Origin: Felis catus
Lineage: Eukaryota
Direction: 5' to 3'
Length of the DNA stretch: 64,000 nucleotides
NCBI RefSeq assembly: GCF_018350175.1
Contig: NC_058368.1
Coordinates: 207,640,001-207,704,000 of the forward strand
Positions 27,060-40,458 of the stretch are shown piece by piece. A model generated the notes under the pieces. That model ran no database searches. It was not told the origin of the DNA and saw nothing but the letters and a program-made list of their open reading frames with translations. Position 1 is the stretch's first letter; the number at the start of each line of letters is the position of its first letter. Made by a program: the position numbers and the translations under genes.

Positions 27060-27284
27060 ATTTTTTTTTTAATTTTTTTTTCAACGTTTATTTATTTTTG
27101 GGACAGAGAGAGACAGAGCATGAACGGGGGAGGGGCAGAGAGAGAGGGAGACACAGAATCGGAAACAGGCTCCAGGCTCTGAGCCATCAGCCCAGAGCCT
27201 GACGCGGGGCTCGAACTCACGGACCCTGAGATCCTGACCTGGCTGAAGTCGGACACTTAACCGACTGCGCCACCCAGGCGCCCC
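27060..27284 (-). mobile_element. Young feline SINE (SINEC_Fc)
   Basis: TSD tacaatttttttttt. Confidence 0.95.
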
Positions 27285-27729
27285 TACAATTTTTTTTTTT
27301 TTAAAGTAAAAATGTGGTGTGTAGTGAAAGACTTTCAGACTCCCATCAGAGAGCTTAAGTAAATCCCAAAATGAAGAAATATCTGGGTCAGAAACTTTCC
27401 CCCAAGTAGGGGAAGTTAGATGAGATACGAAGAAGAAATAAGAGCAAAATGAGTCTTGATATTCAGGCTTAAAAACTCATATTTCATGTGAGAGGGAAAT
27501 TTACAGGATAAATCTTTAAGTAAAATTGTGAGATATGGGTGTTCCTGTGTTTTCCCCCTGCTGCCACTCTTTAAAACACATGCATGGGTATTTTCCAGAG
27601 GCTCTCTCTACCAGCCTGCAAATGCCATTCCTCCCCTCACTGGTCAGAGGCCACTCTCGGGTCAAGCTATAATAGATTTTTTTTTTTTTTTTTTTTTTAC
27701 CTTCACTCAAGAATTGTTCTTTTGAGCCA

Positions 27730-29300
27730 CTACTTAGTGCTTTTGTAATAGTAGTTCAGGAAATATCAGTGAACAAAATAAAGGTTCCTGCCCACATAGA
27801 ACAGGGTGCAACAGACGAAAAGAATAAAAATAATGAACAGGCCAAGGAGATAGTATGTTTGGAAATACTAGGTAGGAGAAAAGAGAGCAGGGTTAGGTGG
27901 TGTAGTGAGAGGGTGGAGTTAGGGACAGCATGTGGCAACTTGAAGAAAGGTGAGGGTAGCTCCCGTTATAGGCAGTTATACTTGAGCAAAGACTCAAGGA
28001 AATGAGGGGGGTAGGCTTGCGGATAGCTTAAGCAAGGTCATTCCAGGCAGAGAGAACAGACAGAATAAACGCCTAGAATGTTCAAGGACTAGGAAGGAGG
28101 TAACTGGAGCTGGAGTAGAGTGAGCAAGGAAAGGAACAGTAGGAAAAGATTTAGCTTGTGTAGGGCCTTGCTGGTCATGGCTGACATTGTGGTTCTTCTA
28201 AGTGGAATGATAACCGCTGAAAAAGGTCGAGCAGAGCAGTGATGTTTTAAATTATGTTTTATCAAGATCACCTTAACAGCTCTATGAAAAGAGACAGTAG
28301 CCAAATGAAACAGAGACACTAGTCAGGCAGATATTGCCGAAAGACAGACACGATATCGTGGTAGCTGTAATCAAAATGGTGGCAGTGGAGATGGAGAGAG
28401 GTGTCCAGATTCTGAATATATTTTGAAGGTAGACACAACAGAATTTGGATCTGGGGTCTAAAGGGAAAAGAGAATCAAAGAGGGCTGCGGGGTTTTTGCC
28501 TCGAGCAACTATAAGGATGATGTTTCTCCTTCAACTGAAATGAGAGAGGCTAAAAATGAGCAGGTTTGGGAGTGGGGAAGATCAAGAAGGCATGGCTACT
28601 TTAAGCTTGAGGATCTTTTAAACATCCAAGTGGAGATATTGAGGCGGTAATTGGGTATAAGAAGTGAAGAGTTTAGGAGAAAGTTCTCGTTTAAAAACAT
28701 AATAAATCAGGGAGTCATAGGCATATATTCCCCACTTAGAATCATGAGACTTCGAATCACCAAGGAAATGAGGCGGCTGGGTGTCTCAGTCGGTTAAGTG
28801 TCCGACTCCCGATTTCGGCTCAGGTCATGATCGCAGTTTGTGGGTTGCGCTGACAGTGCAGAGCTTGCTTGGGATTGTCTCTCCCTCTCTGTCTGCCCCC
28901 CTACTTTTTTCTCTCTCTCTCTCTCAAAATAAATAAACTTTAAAAAAATCACCAAGGAAGTGAGTATAACTAGAGAGAAGAACCGAGCCCTGGGGCACTC
29001 CAACTCTACTAGCCTGGGAGAAGAAAAAATGAGCAAAGGGGGATAAAAAGGAACAACGAATAAGATAGGAAGAAAACAAGAGTGTGGTGTCCTGGAAGCC
29101 AAGTAAAGGGAGTATTCCCAAGAGGAAGGCAGTGATAACTGTGTCAGCTGCTGCAGAAGGTCAAATAAGTGAGGACTGTGAAGGTCAGTGTGGGTGAAGT
29201 CTCCTGGAATCGAGCTTGACTGAAATAGCTTTAGAAGACCAAGAAAGGACAGGAATTGGAAAGAGCAACGGTAAACAGCTCTTTCAAGGAGAAAAGAGAA
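27730..29300. mobile_element. L2 LINE remnant, interrupted by a SINE at 28771-28948 (+)
   Basis: purine-rich L2 hallmarks (cattccaggcagag, gattctgaatatattttgaaggtaga, acatccaagtggagat, ggtgtcctggaagccaag); SINE TSD aatcaccaaggaa. Confidence 0.7.
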
Positions 29301-30814
29301 GCAAAGGAATGGAGCGGTAACTGCTGGGAAAAAAGGAATTGAGTTTTTTTGTTTTTTGTTTTTTGTTTTTTAAGATGGAAGAAATAGCAGCGTGTCTGCA
29401 TGCAGTGAGAAAGATCTAGTAAAGACAGGAAAATGATAGTGGCGGCCAGGGGAGAATTCTCGAAACAAGACTAGAGCAACTGGGAAGTAGTGTTCAGGTG
29501 AGGGAGTGGCTTCCCAAAGGAATAAAGAACTGAAAGGTTTACAATCTTCTCTAGGGTGGAGTCTGTGTTGCTTAAGGCAAAAAAGCAAATTTTTAATTGG
29601 TATCAGGAAAGGAATTTCAGGAGATAGGGTGGCCTTTTTCACCTACCTCCCCGGAAGACACTTGTAATGACATCATTCCGATCAGGATGCCTTAAGAATG
29701 TAGAAGATTGGAGGCAGATGAGAATCAGAAATAATAATCATCTTTAACAATAAAGTGGTTGCGACAAAAGTTCTATTTTATTTTAAATTGTACTGTTTCC
29801 CCACCTAGTGGTGAGAAGTCAGCTAGCTACATTTTCTGCTGTTACTCAGACATCTGAAGAGAAACTGAAACCCGTCGAAAGAGCTCGTGTATCATTACTA
29901 GTGTTCAGGTCAACATCTTTTAGTGTAACACGTTTCTTGGCACCATCGTTAAAGATTAACTATAATTTTAACAGCATAACTAATTCTTCATGTGAAGACA
30001 GAACCAACGGTTGAATATTTTGGTATACAAAACAAATTCCATGATTATTAATAGCAACGAGACAGGAAAAGTGAAGTAATAAGAAATAATAAATAATGGG
30101 AAGTGACTAAGGTTGGAAGAGGGAGAAGTTCAACAGTTTTTACCGTGAGATCACTCGTAGCCCGCTTCAGAGTTTATTGGCTCTAAAATCAGACGAAAAG
30201 TCAGAACTTACACCATTATAACATTTTATTAGTTATAAATTCTTAACATTCTCTGGAATTTGAGACTTGCCCTATCAGACGGGCACTCCCGGGTGGTCTT
30301 ACCAACTCCATTTAGAAAGCACTGGCTGAAGCGAGTCGTACTTTTTATAAGTCTTCCTGCGTTCAATACAGGAAGACATGTTCCAGAGAAAAGTTCACAG
30401 AGATTTTATTCTTAGCAACAGCAGGTATAGAACAAAGTGTTGTGTGACTTTCTTCTTTAAAAAACACAAACAAAACCAACAATTAAAAGCTAAAGTCATG
30501 AATAGCAAATAAGATATAAAGGTCAACAGCTTTACATCTTTAAAAGTCAGGAAATAGAGCACATTAGAGCTTTCTAAAAATGATGGACCTGATACTGAGT
30601 TAACCTTGCCTTTCCTATGTAATTCTGCACGCCACAGTGTGAAACTAAAGAACTCGTGAGAGGTCCTCGTGAACAGACACAGGGTTATAACAACCGATAA
30701 ACTTCCTTTTCTTCTTTACCTGCTCCCTCTGTTTACAGTCTGTGCCACTATGGGTTGTGACTGGTTTCATTGTTTGCCTCCAGGGGCAGAGTTTCTCAAA
30801 GCCTGCAGCACTAT

Positions 30815-31050
30815 TTTTTTTGTTTTTTAAATAATTGGTGACTATTTTTTTTAAAGTTTTTACTTATTTATTAGAAAGAGAGAGAAAGAGAATGAGCAAG
30901 GGAGGGGTAGAGACAGAGGGGGACGGAGGATCTGAAGTGCGGTCCGTGCTGACAGCGAGGGGCCCAATGCAGGGCTTGAACTCACAAACCCTGAGACTAT
31001 GACCTGACCCAAAGTCGAGGCTTAACTGACTGAACCACCCTTTCGACCCG
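30815..31050 (-). mobile_element. Can-SINE (diverged)
   Basis: reverse-complement consensus. Confidence 0.8.
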
Positions 31051-31425
31051 GCAACAGTTTAATCTCGGTTTATTCATGACATTCACCTACCTCGTGTTTT
31101 TCCCTTTTATTCTTCACTCTCATTCTTCTACGATTTCATATCTATTGAACATTTGCATGTTATATATGGTGAATTCAGACCTATATAAACTAACATCTAC
31201 ACGCTATCGTGTTAGGTCTATGAACCAATGTGTGCATGCAAACATTATCTGTAAGTGATTAATGGTTTGTATAAACATGCAGCCACATATGTATGAAAGT
31301 GCTATGCAGATACTCTCCATTCTGCACATATTTGTTACTCATCCACCCAAGTGTTTTAGGAAGTAAGCTGCAAGTCCAGTAGTCCTTTTGACTTATTTTT
31401 TTTTTTTCAAAAATGATAATAAACA

Positions 31426-31645
31426 GGGGCGCCTGGGTGGCTCAGTCGGTTATGTGTCCGACTTTGGCTCAGGTCATGATCTCGCGGTTTGTGAGTTCGA
31501 GCCCCACATCGGGCTCTGTGCTGACAGCTCAGAGCCTGGAGCCTACTTCCAATCCTGTGTCTCCCTCTCTCTCTGTCCCTCCCCCACTCACACTCTGTCT
31601 CTCTCTCACTCTCAAAGATAAATAAACATTAAAAAAAATTTTTTA
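31426..31645 (+). mobile_element. Can-SINE
   Basis: TSD aatgataataaaca. Confidence 0.9.
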
Positions 31646-31767
31646 ATGATAATAAACAATTCACTTTCATAACAAAAGTTAATGGGGACAAAATTAATTC
31701 ATCAGAAAAAATCAAAGTCTTATTCATGACTGGAATTATTCTAATAGCTTTCTAAAAATGATAGTCA

Positions 31768-31812
31768 TAATAATAATAATAATAATAATAATATAATAAT
31801 AATAATAATAAA
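31768..31812 (+). repeat. (TAA)n microsatellite
   Basis: direct reading. Confidence 0.9.
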
Positions 31813-32177
31813 CTAATAATAAACTAGCAAAGTGGCAATCTCTTTCATCAAGGGGATTATAGTCTCATAGTAGGAAGAGACACTCTCAAGCAATTGCTCT
31901 ATAATTATAGTAACACAGAATAATCAGTATAATGAAGCAATGTATGACACATAGAAGCAGCAACCACGTGGGCTTAAGGCATCGGAGATAACTTCACAGA
32001 GGAGGGAATGTTTAAAGAGAGCCTTAAAGATTAAGGAGGGCCATAAGCAGATGATGAGAAGAAAGATTATCCTAGAAAAGGAAAAGAAAGCGAGCTAAGC
32101 ACAGAACCAACAAGAAACCAGAGTGTTCAGAGAGTGAGTCGGTATTAATACATGAAAAGAAGATGAGAGAAGAAATA

Positions 32178-32400
32178 GCCGCTGGGGTGGCTCAGTTGGT
32201 TAAGCGTCTGACTTAGCTCAAGTCATGATCTCATGATTCATGAGTTCAAGCCCCATGTCGGGTTCTGTGCTGACAGTTCAGAGCCTGGAGCCTGCTTCAG
32301 ATTCTGTGTCTCCCTCTCTCTCTGCCCCTCCCCCACTCACCCTCTGTCTCTGTTTCTGTTTCAAAAATAAACATTAAAAACTATTTAAAAAAAAAAAGAA
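32178..32400 (+). mobile_element. Can-SINE
   Basis: consensus body and tail. Confidence 0.9.
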
Positions 32401-33763
32401 GAAACAGGAAAAACAAAACTGTAAAAGAATAGGGCTGGGCATAAGAACTTTGTATACCATGAAAGGGGCTGTAAATTTTATTCTGTAGAATGTCAATGTA
32501 TTTTGATGTCTAAGGTATTTATGTCTTGTGCTTTTAATTAATAATTCATTAAATTTAATAAAGTAAAAGTCTAATTTATTTTAGGTACTTAAGTTCACAT
32601 AATATAACTTGCTATCTTATTTATACATCTAGTAATTTTTATTTAATAAGAACAATTACTTTCAGGGGGATCACTGATTAATGATTACACAACTCAGGTT
32701 AAATTCTTTCAAATGGATACTTACATTAAAAAATTTAGTTTTAATTACCCCCTTACATGTTTTACGTTGCATGGATAAATCTATATATTGAATTTTTTTA
32801 AGCATTTGAAAAACCTGACTGAACAAATTTAATAACTGCAAATCCTCTCAAGAACTTAAGTGACTCTTACAAATCTGTTAAAGCACATCCAGTTCTCTTA
32901 AATGTTCACTTGTATTTTTCTATGGGATTTTTCTTATATTTTTTAAGAAGCATATTTAGTTTGAAAAAATTTATAAAAGGTGAATATGTAAAAGGCAGAG
33001 AGAAGAGTAAACTGAACCTCCATGTCCCCTACACCAACTTCAACAATTATAAATTTATCACTAGTCTTGTTTCATCAATACCCCTACCCACTTCCCTCTT
33101 TCATATTATTTTTAAGCTAATGCCAAATATTCATAAATATTTTAGTAGGTATCCCTAAAAATTAGACTTTATATAATAATATAAAAATCAAGTCCATGTT
33201 CAAATTTCCAGTTGTCTCTTAAATTGAGTGTGTGTATGGTTTTTTAAATTTGTTTGAAGAAGAATCCATATAAAGTCTGCACATTTTCATTGGCTTATAC
33301 GTTGGTAATTCTCTTTGAAGCTACAAGTCTACCCTCTATAACTATATTTATCTATTTATTGCAATTTATTTGTTGAAGAAATCAAGCTCTTTGAGGGGAC
33401 TATAATTATCCATAGTCTAGATCTTGCTGAATGCTTTCCTATAGTTTAGCTTGTATGTTCCTCTATTTCCTATAAATTGGAAGTTGGAGGTAAAGGTAGC
33501 CTGACCAAATTTAGTTCTAGTTTCTTTGGTCAGATTACTTCCTAGGTGATGGTATATTCTTTTATCAGGAGGCTGTAAAGTCTGGTTGACTCTCCTTTTT
33601 TGTTATGAGAAGCCATTGACACTCAATATTGACACAAAGAATCCATACTTTTCAACTACACTAAAAAGTCTAAATAACAAATTTTAGTTTGACACATCTA
33701 ATTAAATATTTGCTAGTGTAACAAATCTCTTAAATATTACAAACATTTAAAATATTGAACACT

Positions 33764-34000
33764 GGGGCACCTGGGTGGCTCAGTCGGTTGGCAATCTGAT
33801 GTCAGCTCAGGTCATGATCTCACGGTTTGTGAGTTTGAGCCCCATGTTGGGCTCTGCAGTGACAGCTCGGAGCCTGGAGCCTGCTTAGGATTCTGTGTCT
33901 TTCTCTCTCTGCCCCTCCCCTGCTTGTGTTCTCTCCTCTCTCTCTCTCAAAAATAAATAAACATTTGTAAGTAAGTAAATAAATAAATAAATAAATAATA
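33764..34000 (+). mobile_element. Can-SINE
   Basis: TSD aatattgaaca; (TAAA)n tail. Confidence 0.9.
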
Positions 34001-34469
34001 TTGAACATAGTAGATTCATTGTCCCCATGACTGTAAAACTTGTTTCACAAATTTTTGTACCACGGGTTTGACTTACTTCATCATTTCTGTATTTTATTCT
34101 GAATTTTTCAAGGACCAAAAAAAAATCACTAAGGGAAACAAGTGTCTTGTCATCATCAAGTTAATGAATTGATTAATTGGGCCTTTACACTTAACCTAAA
34201 TTGAAAGCTAAGCATATATAAGTTAAATTTTTAAATTTAAATTTGTTTAAAAAGTAAGTTTATTGGATCAACAATCGATGACCACATATGTTTACCATCC
34301 CGGGTAGAGACTGAGACACGTATCTATGGCAATTCTTCCTGAGCCTCAAGTGTGCCCACCGAGCTTGTTTGATGATCTAAGGGATAACGAGGCATTTCCA
34401 GCCCAGATTCTTCAATGGGGTTGGCTTTGTAACCAGCATCTTTTGGGTTCTTTAAGTGGCTTGAGTAGT

Positions 34470-35400
34470 GAACATGAGAGTGATATAATCACATTTGCAT
34501 TAGAAAATGTTGGCAGTGGTGTAGAGAAGGGACTGTAAGGATGGAGAAGATGGAGAGCAATGCTCATCACGGGAAGCCAAGGCAGATGGCTACTGCAAGA
34601 GTCCACACTAGAGATAATAGAACTCTCTTCTCCTGTCTACCAGGAAAGAGGAGAGAGATGGAGAGTGGGGCCGTGAATTAGAGGAGACATTAAATACGTG
34701 GAACTGACAGAACATGATTAACTTGGTGAGGGACTGAAGAAGAGTGAGCAAGAGGATGCCTTTAAGGCTTAGGTGGATATGTGGAACTGTGGTGCCATTC
34801 ACTAAGATAAGAAACCTAGTAGGAAAAACAGGTTTGTGCTGGGACAGAAGAGGAAAGCCTCTGTTTCTGCGATGTTAATGTAGCCCTGGCTGTGGAATAT
34901 CCAAGATGTGTGTATGTGAGTCTGAAACTCAGAAGAGAGGCCTGCCCTGGAGATGTCAATACGGAAGTCACCAACACTAAGAGAACAAGTGCAGCTGTGG
35001 GCATATATGAGGCCATTCAGGGACAGGGGTAGAGTGGAAAAAGAAAGGAAAACAAGACCAGAACACAAAGGAATATCATCACTTAAAGGGGGAAGTCAGA
35101 GGCAAGCAAACCCACAAAGGAAATTGTGGGATGGTGGTTAGAAACACAAGTGAGCCAGGAGAGATCTCTTACGGAAACAAAAGAGACTTCAGGAAAGCAA
35201 AATGGCCAATACTGTTAAGGGCCACAAAGTAATCATGTAAGATTATCATGGAGAGGTACCCAGCGGATTTGGTAAGTAAGTTCTTTAAGAGTGGTTTCAG
35301 CGAAGGATTGGCAAAAGCCAGAGGGTAGTCATGAAGAAATGAGCAAGAGAAAAAGAAGTCAAGTCTGTGAGCCCATACAGCCTTCTCCATGTTGGCTGGG
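34470..35400. mobile_element. L2 LINE remnant
   Basis: purine-rich; ggtgccattcactaagata, ggaatatccaag...gagaggcctgccctggagat. Confidence 0.55.
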
Positions 35401-36537
35401 AAAGAGAGGACTATCTGTATCTGTGGTAATGTGGAGAATTGAGAAAGGTAAAGAGAAGATTTTGGACTTTATGAATGAGAGTAACTGGGGCTGAGAGAGA
35501 AAGCAAAGTATGAGATATTTAGGAATGGGAAGTGAAAGTAGAGGAATAGTAATAATAATATAAAAGATACAATGACACACAGAAGAAAGAAATGGGGCAA
35601 AACACTGATAATTTAGATAGAATTCAGAACACAGGTGGAAGGAACTTGGGTAGATAGAAGGTAAGCAAAAGTTGGGTTAAAGGAATATATTTTCTTAAGA
35701 ATATATTTTCTAAAGAGAATATATTTTCTTGCTCTATTATCTGTGAAATAAGAAACAAGATCATCTGGTTATAGGGGAGGTGAGAGGGACAGGAGATTTG
35801 AGGAAAGTAGTGATGGTTTTGAATAGCCTTTGAGAAGGATGATGGGAAAGAAGGTTCATTAGGAAAAGGTATATAAAATTACAGAAGAGTGTTGAGGATA
35901 AAGTTGAGATCAAATGTCAATTATTTGTAATATCCAGAATCAGTGAAATGGCAATTTTCTCCAGCTATGCTAATCAACCTGAGCATAAAAAATAGAAAAT
36001 ATAGATGGTTCCATCAATCATTAGGGATTTGTGGGGCCCAGGTACTGATAACTGTGAAGAGCAATTGGAGTGCAGTGGCACTTAGAGTCCAAGACACAAA
36101 TGATGGAAGTAAAGCCAGAAGGAGAACCTCTGGAAAGAAGGAGTCAAGGATTAGAACTGATTCTCTTTGGCATCTATACCATAAAACCAATCAAATGCCT
36201 TCAGAATCCCAGAATTGAATTATTTATATACTTCCATTTTAACAGAAGACATATTACTACCCTGAGGCAATGGATTGATTTTATGTGTCCACTGTGAATG
36301 GACAGAACTGTCCTCAAGCTCCCCTATTCTCTCTCTTTTTTTTTTTTTTTTTGCCTCAGTAGCAGCATAAATATGAGGCTAAAGCCCATTCTAATAACTT
36401 CTGAAGTTTTAAATCAGAGCAGAAGTTAAAGACAAAAGAATAATTTAAAATATGGTCCTTTTAGTCTTTTTCCTTTTTCATTGTACGGCAAGCATCTATT
36501 TGCTCCATTTTTACTTTTTCTTCTTTCTTGTTTTCAG

Positions 36538-36584
36538 AAGCGCTGTACATGAAGAAAATCAAGATAGTGTCATGCACTCTGATG
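36538..36584 (+). CDS. FYB1: FYB1 coding exon (~exon 4), 47 nt: (K)SAVHEENQDSVMHSD(G)
   Basis: long pyrimidine tract, ttttcag|AAGCGC...GATG|gtaaga; phase 2 to 1. Confidence 0.93.
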
Positions 36585-36879
36585 GTAAGAGGCACAAAGA
36601 TATTTTATTTATTTATTTGTTACCTCAGATACAGAAGTGTGAGTTAATCATTTGGATAGGATCATTATTGGGCCATTGTCATCACTGGTCCCTGCAAAAC
36701 CACTCTCTTGTTTTACTTATGTGTGTATTCCCTTTTATCTCCATGATCCCTTCCCTTTCCTCTGCTTCCCTTACCAGAGACAAATATTTTAATACATTTA
36801 ATGTGTGTGTGTGTGTCTGTCTGTACATATTCTTTGCATACTGTTGTATGTGTGTATATATTTGAATTTACATAAACAG

Positions 36880-38070
36880 TATGTTAGAACTCACTCTGCT
36901 CTTTTTTTTACACTCAGCATAATATGTTTTACGGGTCCCACCCATGTTGCTATATGTATATTTAATTTGTTAACTACTGTATAGTACTCCATGGTATGTA
37001 TCCTATGCATTTGCATTTTACTTCCAGTTCACTGGTACTTACAAATAATAATTCAGTGTACATTCTGGTCCATATTTCCATGTGGACCTCCAAGAGACTT
37101 TCTTTAAAGTATATATATCCAGTAGTGGAATGGCTGTTTGTAAGCTATGGAATATTCATGGAATATTCTAGTACTATGGAATTAGGAGTAGAGTGCTCTC
37201 CAGAAAAGCTGCATCTGTGTGTACTCACATCAGCAGGGCATGAAGATTCCAAGATGCCTACCTTTCACCAGTGCCTGGTATTATTTAGCTTTCCAATTGT
37301 TTTGAGTCTTATATGTATAAAATAATATCTCACTTCATTTTCATATCTCTGCTTGCAGTTGAGTCTGGGTACTTCAGTTGTGTATTAGCCTTTGTGTTTT
37401 CCTCTTCTGTAACTTGTCACTTCATATCCTTTGACCACTTTTTTCTTAGAGTTGGTATCCTTTCCCGGCTGACTTTCAGGAGCTCCTCTGTATTTCAGAT
37501 ATTAATCTCATGTCGGTTGCAGAAATTGCAACTATCTTCTCTCATCCTATCCATGGTCAATTAACCCAAGCTTCCCATCACCGAACATAAATAAATTTTG
37601 ATATAATCAAATTAATTAAACTCTGCATTGTAATTTGTTTTAAAGTTTTACTTAAGGAGTCCTATCCCTAAAAAATAAAACTATTATCTTCCTCTTTCTT
37701 CTATGAACTTTATCCCTTATATTTGAGTATTTTCTCCTTATATTTGCAGAGTACCTTTGAGGAATTAGTAGAAATCCAGATTTATTGCCTCACCTAGGGA
37801 ACCATTTTTCCCATTACCATATTTCGAAATCCATCATTTTCTCAATAATTTCTAATGCCATCTTTATACTCCATTAACTCTACAGGTGTGTATATGTCTA
37901 TGCATGTATGTGTGTGTATTTGTGTGGGCAATACATGTGTATGAAAGAGTATACATAAATTTATGCATCCGTCTCTGAGTTTTCTGCTGTATTTCATTGG
38001 TCTATGTGTTTCTGTACCAACCCCACACTGTTTTTATTATTGTTGCTCTAGATTATGTCTTAATATCTAA
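36880..38070 (-). mobile_element. Old L1 fragment (antisense)
   Basis: cactcagcataat...cccatgttg...tagtactccatggtatg...ccagtagtggaatggctg. Confidence 0.65.
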
Positions 38071-38132
38071 TAATTAGGTGATACTACTAAACACTTGGAT
38101 AGTAAAGGATCTTTTTTTAAAAAATTAACTTT

Positions 38133-38345
38133 GGGGCACCTAAATGGCTCAGTGGGTTAAGCGCGCATCCTACTTCGGCTCAGGTCATGATCTCGTGGTG
38201 GGCTTGAGCCCTGCATCGGGCTCTGTGCTGACAGCTCAGAGCCTGGAGCCTGAAGCCTGCTTCAGATTCTGTGTCTCCCTCTCTCTCTGCCCCTCCCCTG
38301 CTTGTGCTCTTTTCTCTCTCTCTCAAAAATAAGTAAACATTAAAA
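38133..38345 (+). mobile_element. Can-SINE whose tail has become a triplet repeat
   Basis: consensus head and body. Confidence 0.9.
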
Positions 38346-38346
38346 A

Positions 38347-38427
38347 GAAGAAGAAGAAGAAGAAGAAGAAGAAGAAGAAGAAGAAGAAGAAGAAGAAGAA
38401 GGAGGAGGAGGAGGAGGAGGAGGAGGA
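38347..38427 (+). repeat. Compound microsatellite (GAA)18(GGA)9
   Basis: direct reading. Confidence 0.95.
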
Positions 38428-38869
38428 GAAAAAGAAGAAAGAGCTATCAGTTTAAAAAAAAACTTAATTAACTTTATTTGCTTGATACATGGAAACAAAT
38501 CCTTGGGAACAAATAAGTCAAAAAGAACAAACCAGTTGTGATTTTCTGGTAATACCTTTGTTCCACATTAGCCACAAAACCAAATGTGCATGCCGTTCAC
38601 GAAGAGGTTAAAATGTCTTCATTATTTTTTGGCTTTTGTGTTATTTTATGAAAGCCAATGAAATGGTTTTACAATGAAATTACAAGTATCAAAGAGGCCA
38701 TAGTAAAGATCTAACCCACATATTCTATTTTGTACTTCTATGTGTTTTATAGAGCATAAGTTCTGTTAGATTATGAACAGTTTTGGATAGATTATGTCTA
38801 ATAATTCTGTAGTAAACTGCTTTTTAATTAAAGTATATTGAATTTTATTCTTTTTTTAAAACCTTTTAG

Positions 38870-38889
38870 GTACTGGAAACCTAGATGAG
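38870..38889 (+). CDS. FYB1: FYB1 microexon (~exon 5), 20 nt: (G)TGNLDE
   Basis: ccttttag|GTACTGGAAACCTAGATGAG|gtcagt; phase 1 to 0; supplies the GNLDE segment of ADAP. Confidence 0.92.
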
Positions 38890-39330
38890 GTCAGTTTTTT
38901 TTCCCCCTTCTTATATTATGTTGCTTAACTAAAATATTTAACCATTCCTGTGATTTATGTTCTATTGATATAAACCAGCAAATCAAAATTGTTATGGGTA
39001 ATAATGATATTTTTCAATTTATAATATTACTTCATCTAAAATTCTTGGGACATTAAACACCAAACATTACATTGACTCACAGTAATTTTGTAGCACTGAA
39101 CGTAAACTTAAGTCTGGCTGGACATCTGAATTATATAGCAGAATATAAAATAAGATCTTTTGTGCTTACTTTTCCAGTGTATCTCTTTAAGGGAAAAAAT
39201 ACTTTAAGCAAGACAAATTTACATACACTTACATTTATGATTGTTTTACTAGGTATTTGATCAATGTAATATGTGTATGTTCCCTTTTTTAGGAATTAAA
39301 ATTAATCATTATTAATGTTTTTCTTGGCAG

Positions 39331-39365
39331 GAACAAGAGAGTGAAGGAGAAACCTATGAAGACAT
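39331..39365 (+). CDS. FYB1: FYB1 coding exon (~exon 6), 35 nt: EQESEGETYED(I)
   Basis: ttcttggcag|GAACAA...GACAT|gtatgg; phase 0 to 2. Confidence 0.93.
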
Positions 39366-40028
39366 GTATGGGTTACATTTTTTACAGTGATTTTTCTGCC
39401 TAAAATGAATATTATGATTTGTATGAGGGAGAATAGATGGATATTCAACACTAAGGGGAAAAAGCTTTATTGTTCAAATGACTGGCATATAATGATAACC
39501 TTTATTTCAATACAAAGGACTAAAGATTCTTTATTTGCCTAAGAATTTCATGGAAGACTCTTAAAAATGTTGTTCTGTGAGAGGCCAGAGACTCGCAGCT
39601 ACTGGATAGACCACAGGCAGGGAATCACGGAGCCAGGAATCTGTATTTCTTGTTCTCAGTGTGTCCTTGGGCAAATGAATTCATTTGTGTGTTACAACTC
39701 CCCCATCGAGGCAGTGCTCCACCTCACCAGGGTGCTCTGAGAAATAATTTACCACAGCATCAGATGGCAAAGTGTCACCCTGCTACAGCAGAAAGATGTT
39801 TAAAAGAATAGCTCCAAAACAGGCTTCCCCATAGCCCAGGACTAGGAAATGTCTTGGAAAGTGAGTGAAAGGAGAAAGAAATATGTTATTTTCTCTCTTG
39901 TTGATTCAAATATCTTAATTTGCTCTATCTAGTTCTTAAGCAATGAATTCTGACTAAAGTTTCTGAGCTAAGGTTTGCATGTATGTACGTGTGCATGCCC
40001 TGTACCTGGGAGTACATGCACGTGAGGC

Positions 40029-40051
40029 GGGGGGGGGGGGGGGGGGGGGGG
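40029..40051 (+). repeat. G23 homopolymer
   Basis: direct reading. Confidence 0.95.
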
Positions 40052-40337
40052 CGGAGATCAATTCTATTCATGCCCATATGCAGAAAGAACAGGGTCTTTA
40101 TATATACGCAGTGTCTTCCGCTTGCTGGCACAGGGTGTAAGTGGAAACAGCCTTTGGCAGGTATCCCCACTTGTCTGCCTCCTACTGGTTTTAAGAACAA
40201 TCTCACACGCTCAGTAATTTTGACAACTCCTGGCTTTTCACCTTCGTCTATACTTGAGATACTGTCTCCTGGATATGTGAGCCATAACACATCAATGCTC
40301 GCAAGTGCCAAAACAACTTAACAATTTTTATCCACAG

Positions 40338-40458
40338 AGAAGCAACCAAAGAAAGAGAGAAAAAAAGGGAAAAGGAGGAAAAGAAGAGATTAGAAATGGA
40401 GAAAAAGGAACAGAAAGAGCGAGAAAAGAAAGAACAAGAAATAAAGAAGAAATTTAAA
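40338..40458 (+). CDS. FYB1: FYB1 coding exon (~exon 7), 121 nt, Lys/Glu-rich helix: (I)EATKEREKKREKEEKKRLEMEKKEQKEREKKEQEIKKKFK
   Basis: tccacag|AGAAGC...TTTAAA|gtaaga; phase 2 to 0. Confidence 0.95.

Noticed and set aside
39925..40321. Overlapping 128-aa and 112-aa ORFs with poly-Pro/poly-Gly
   Set aside because: Driven by the G23 run; intronic, with no coding signature.
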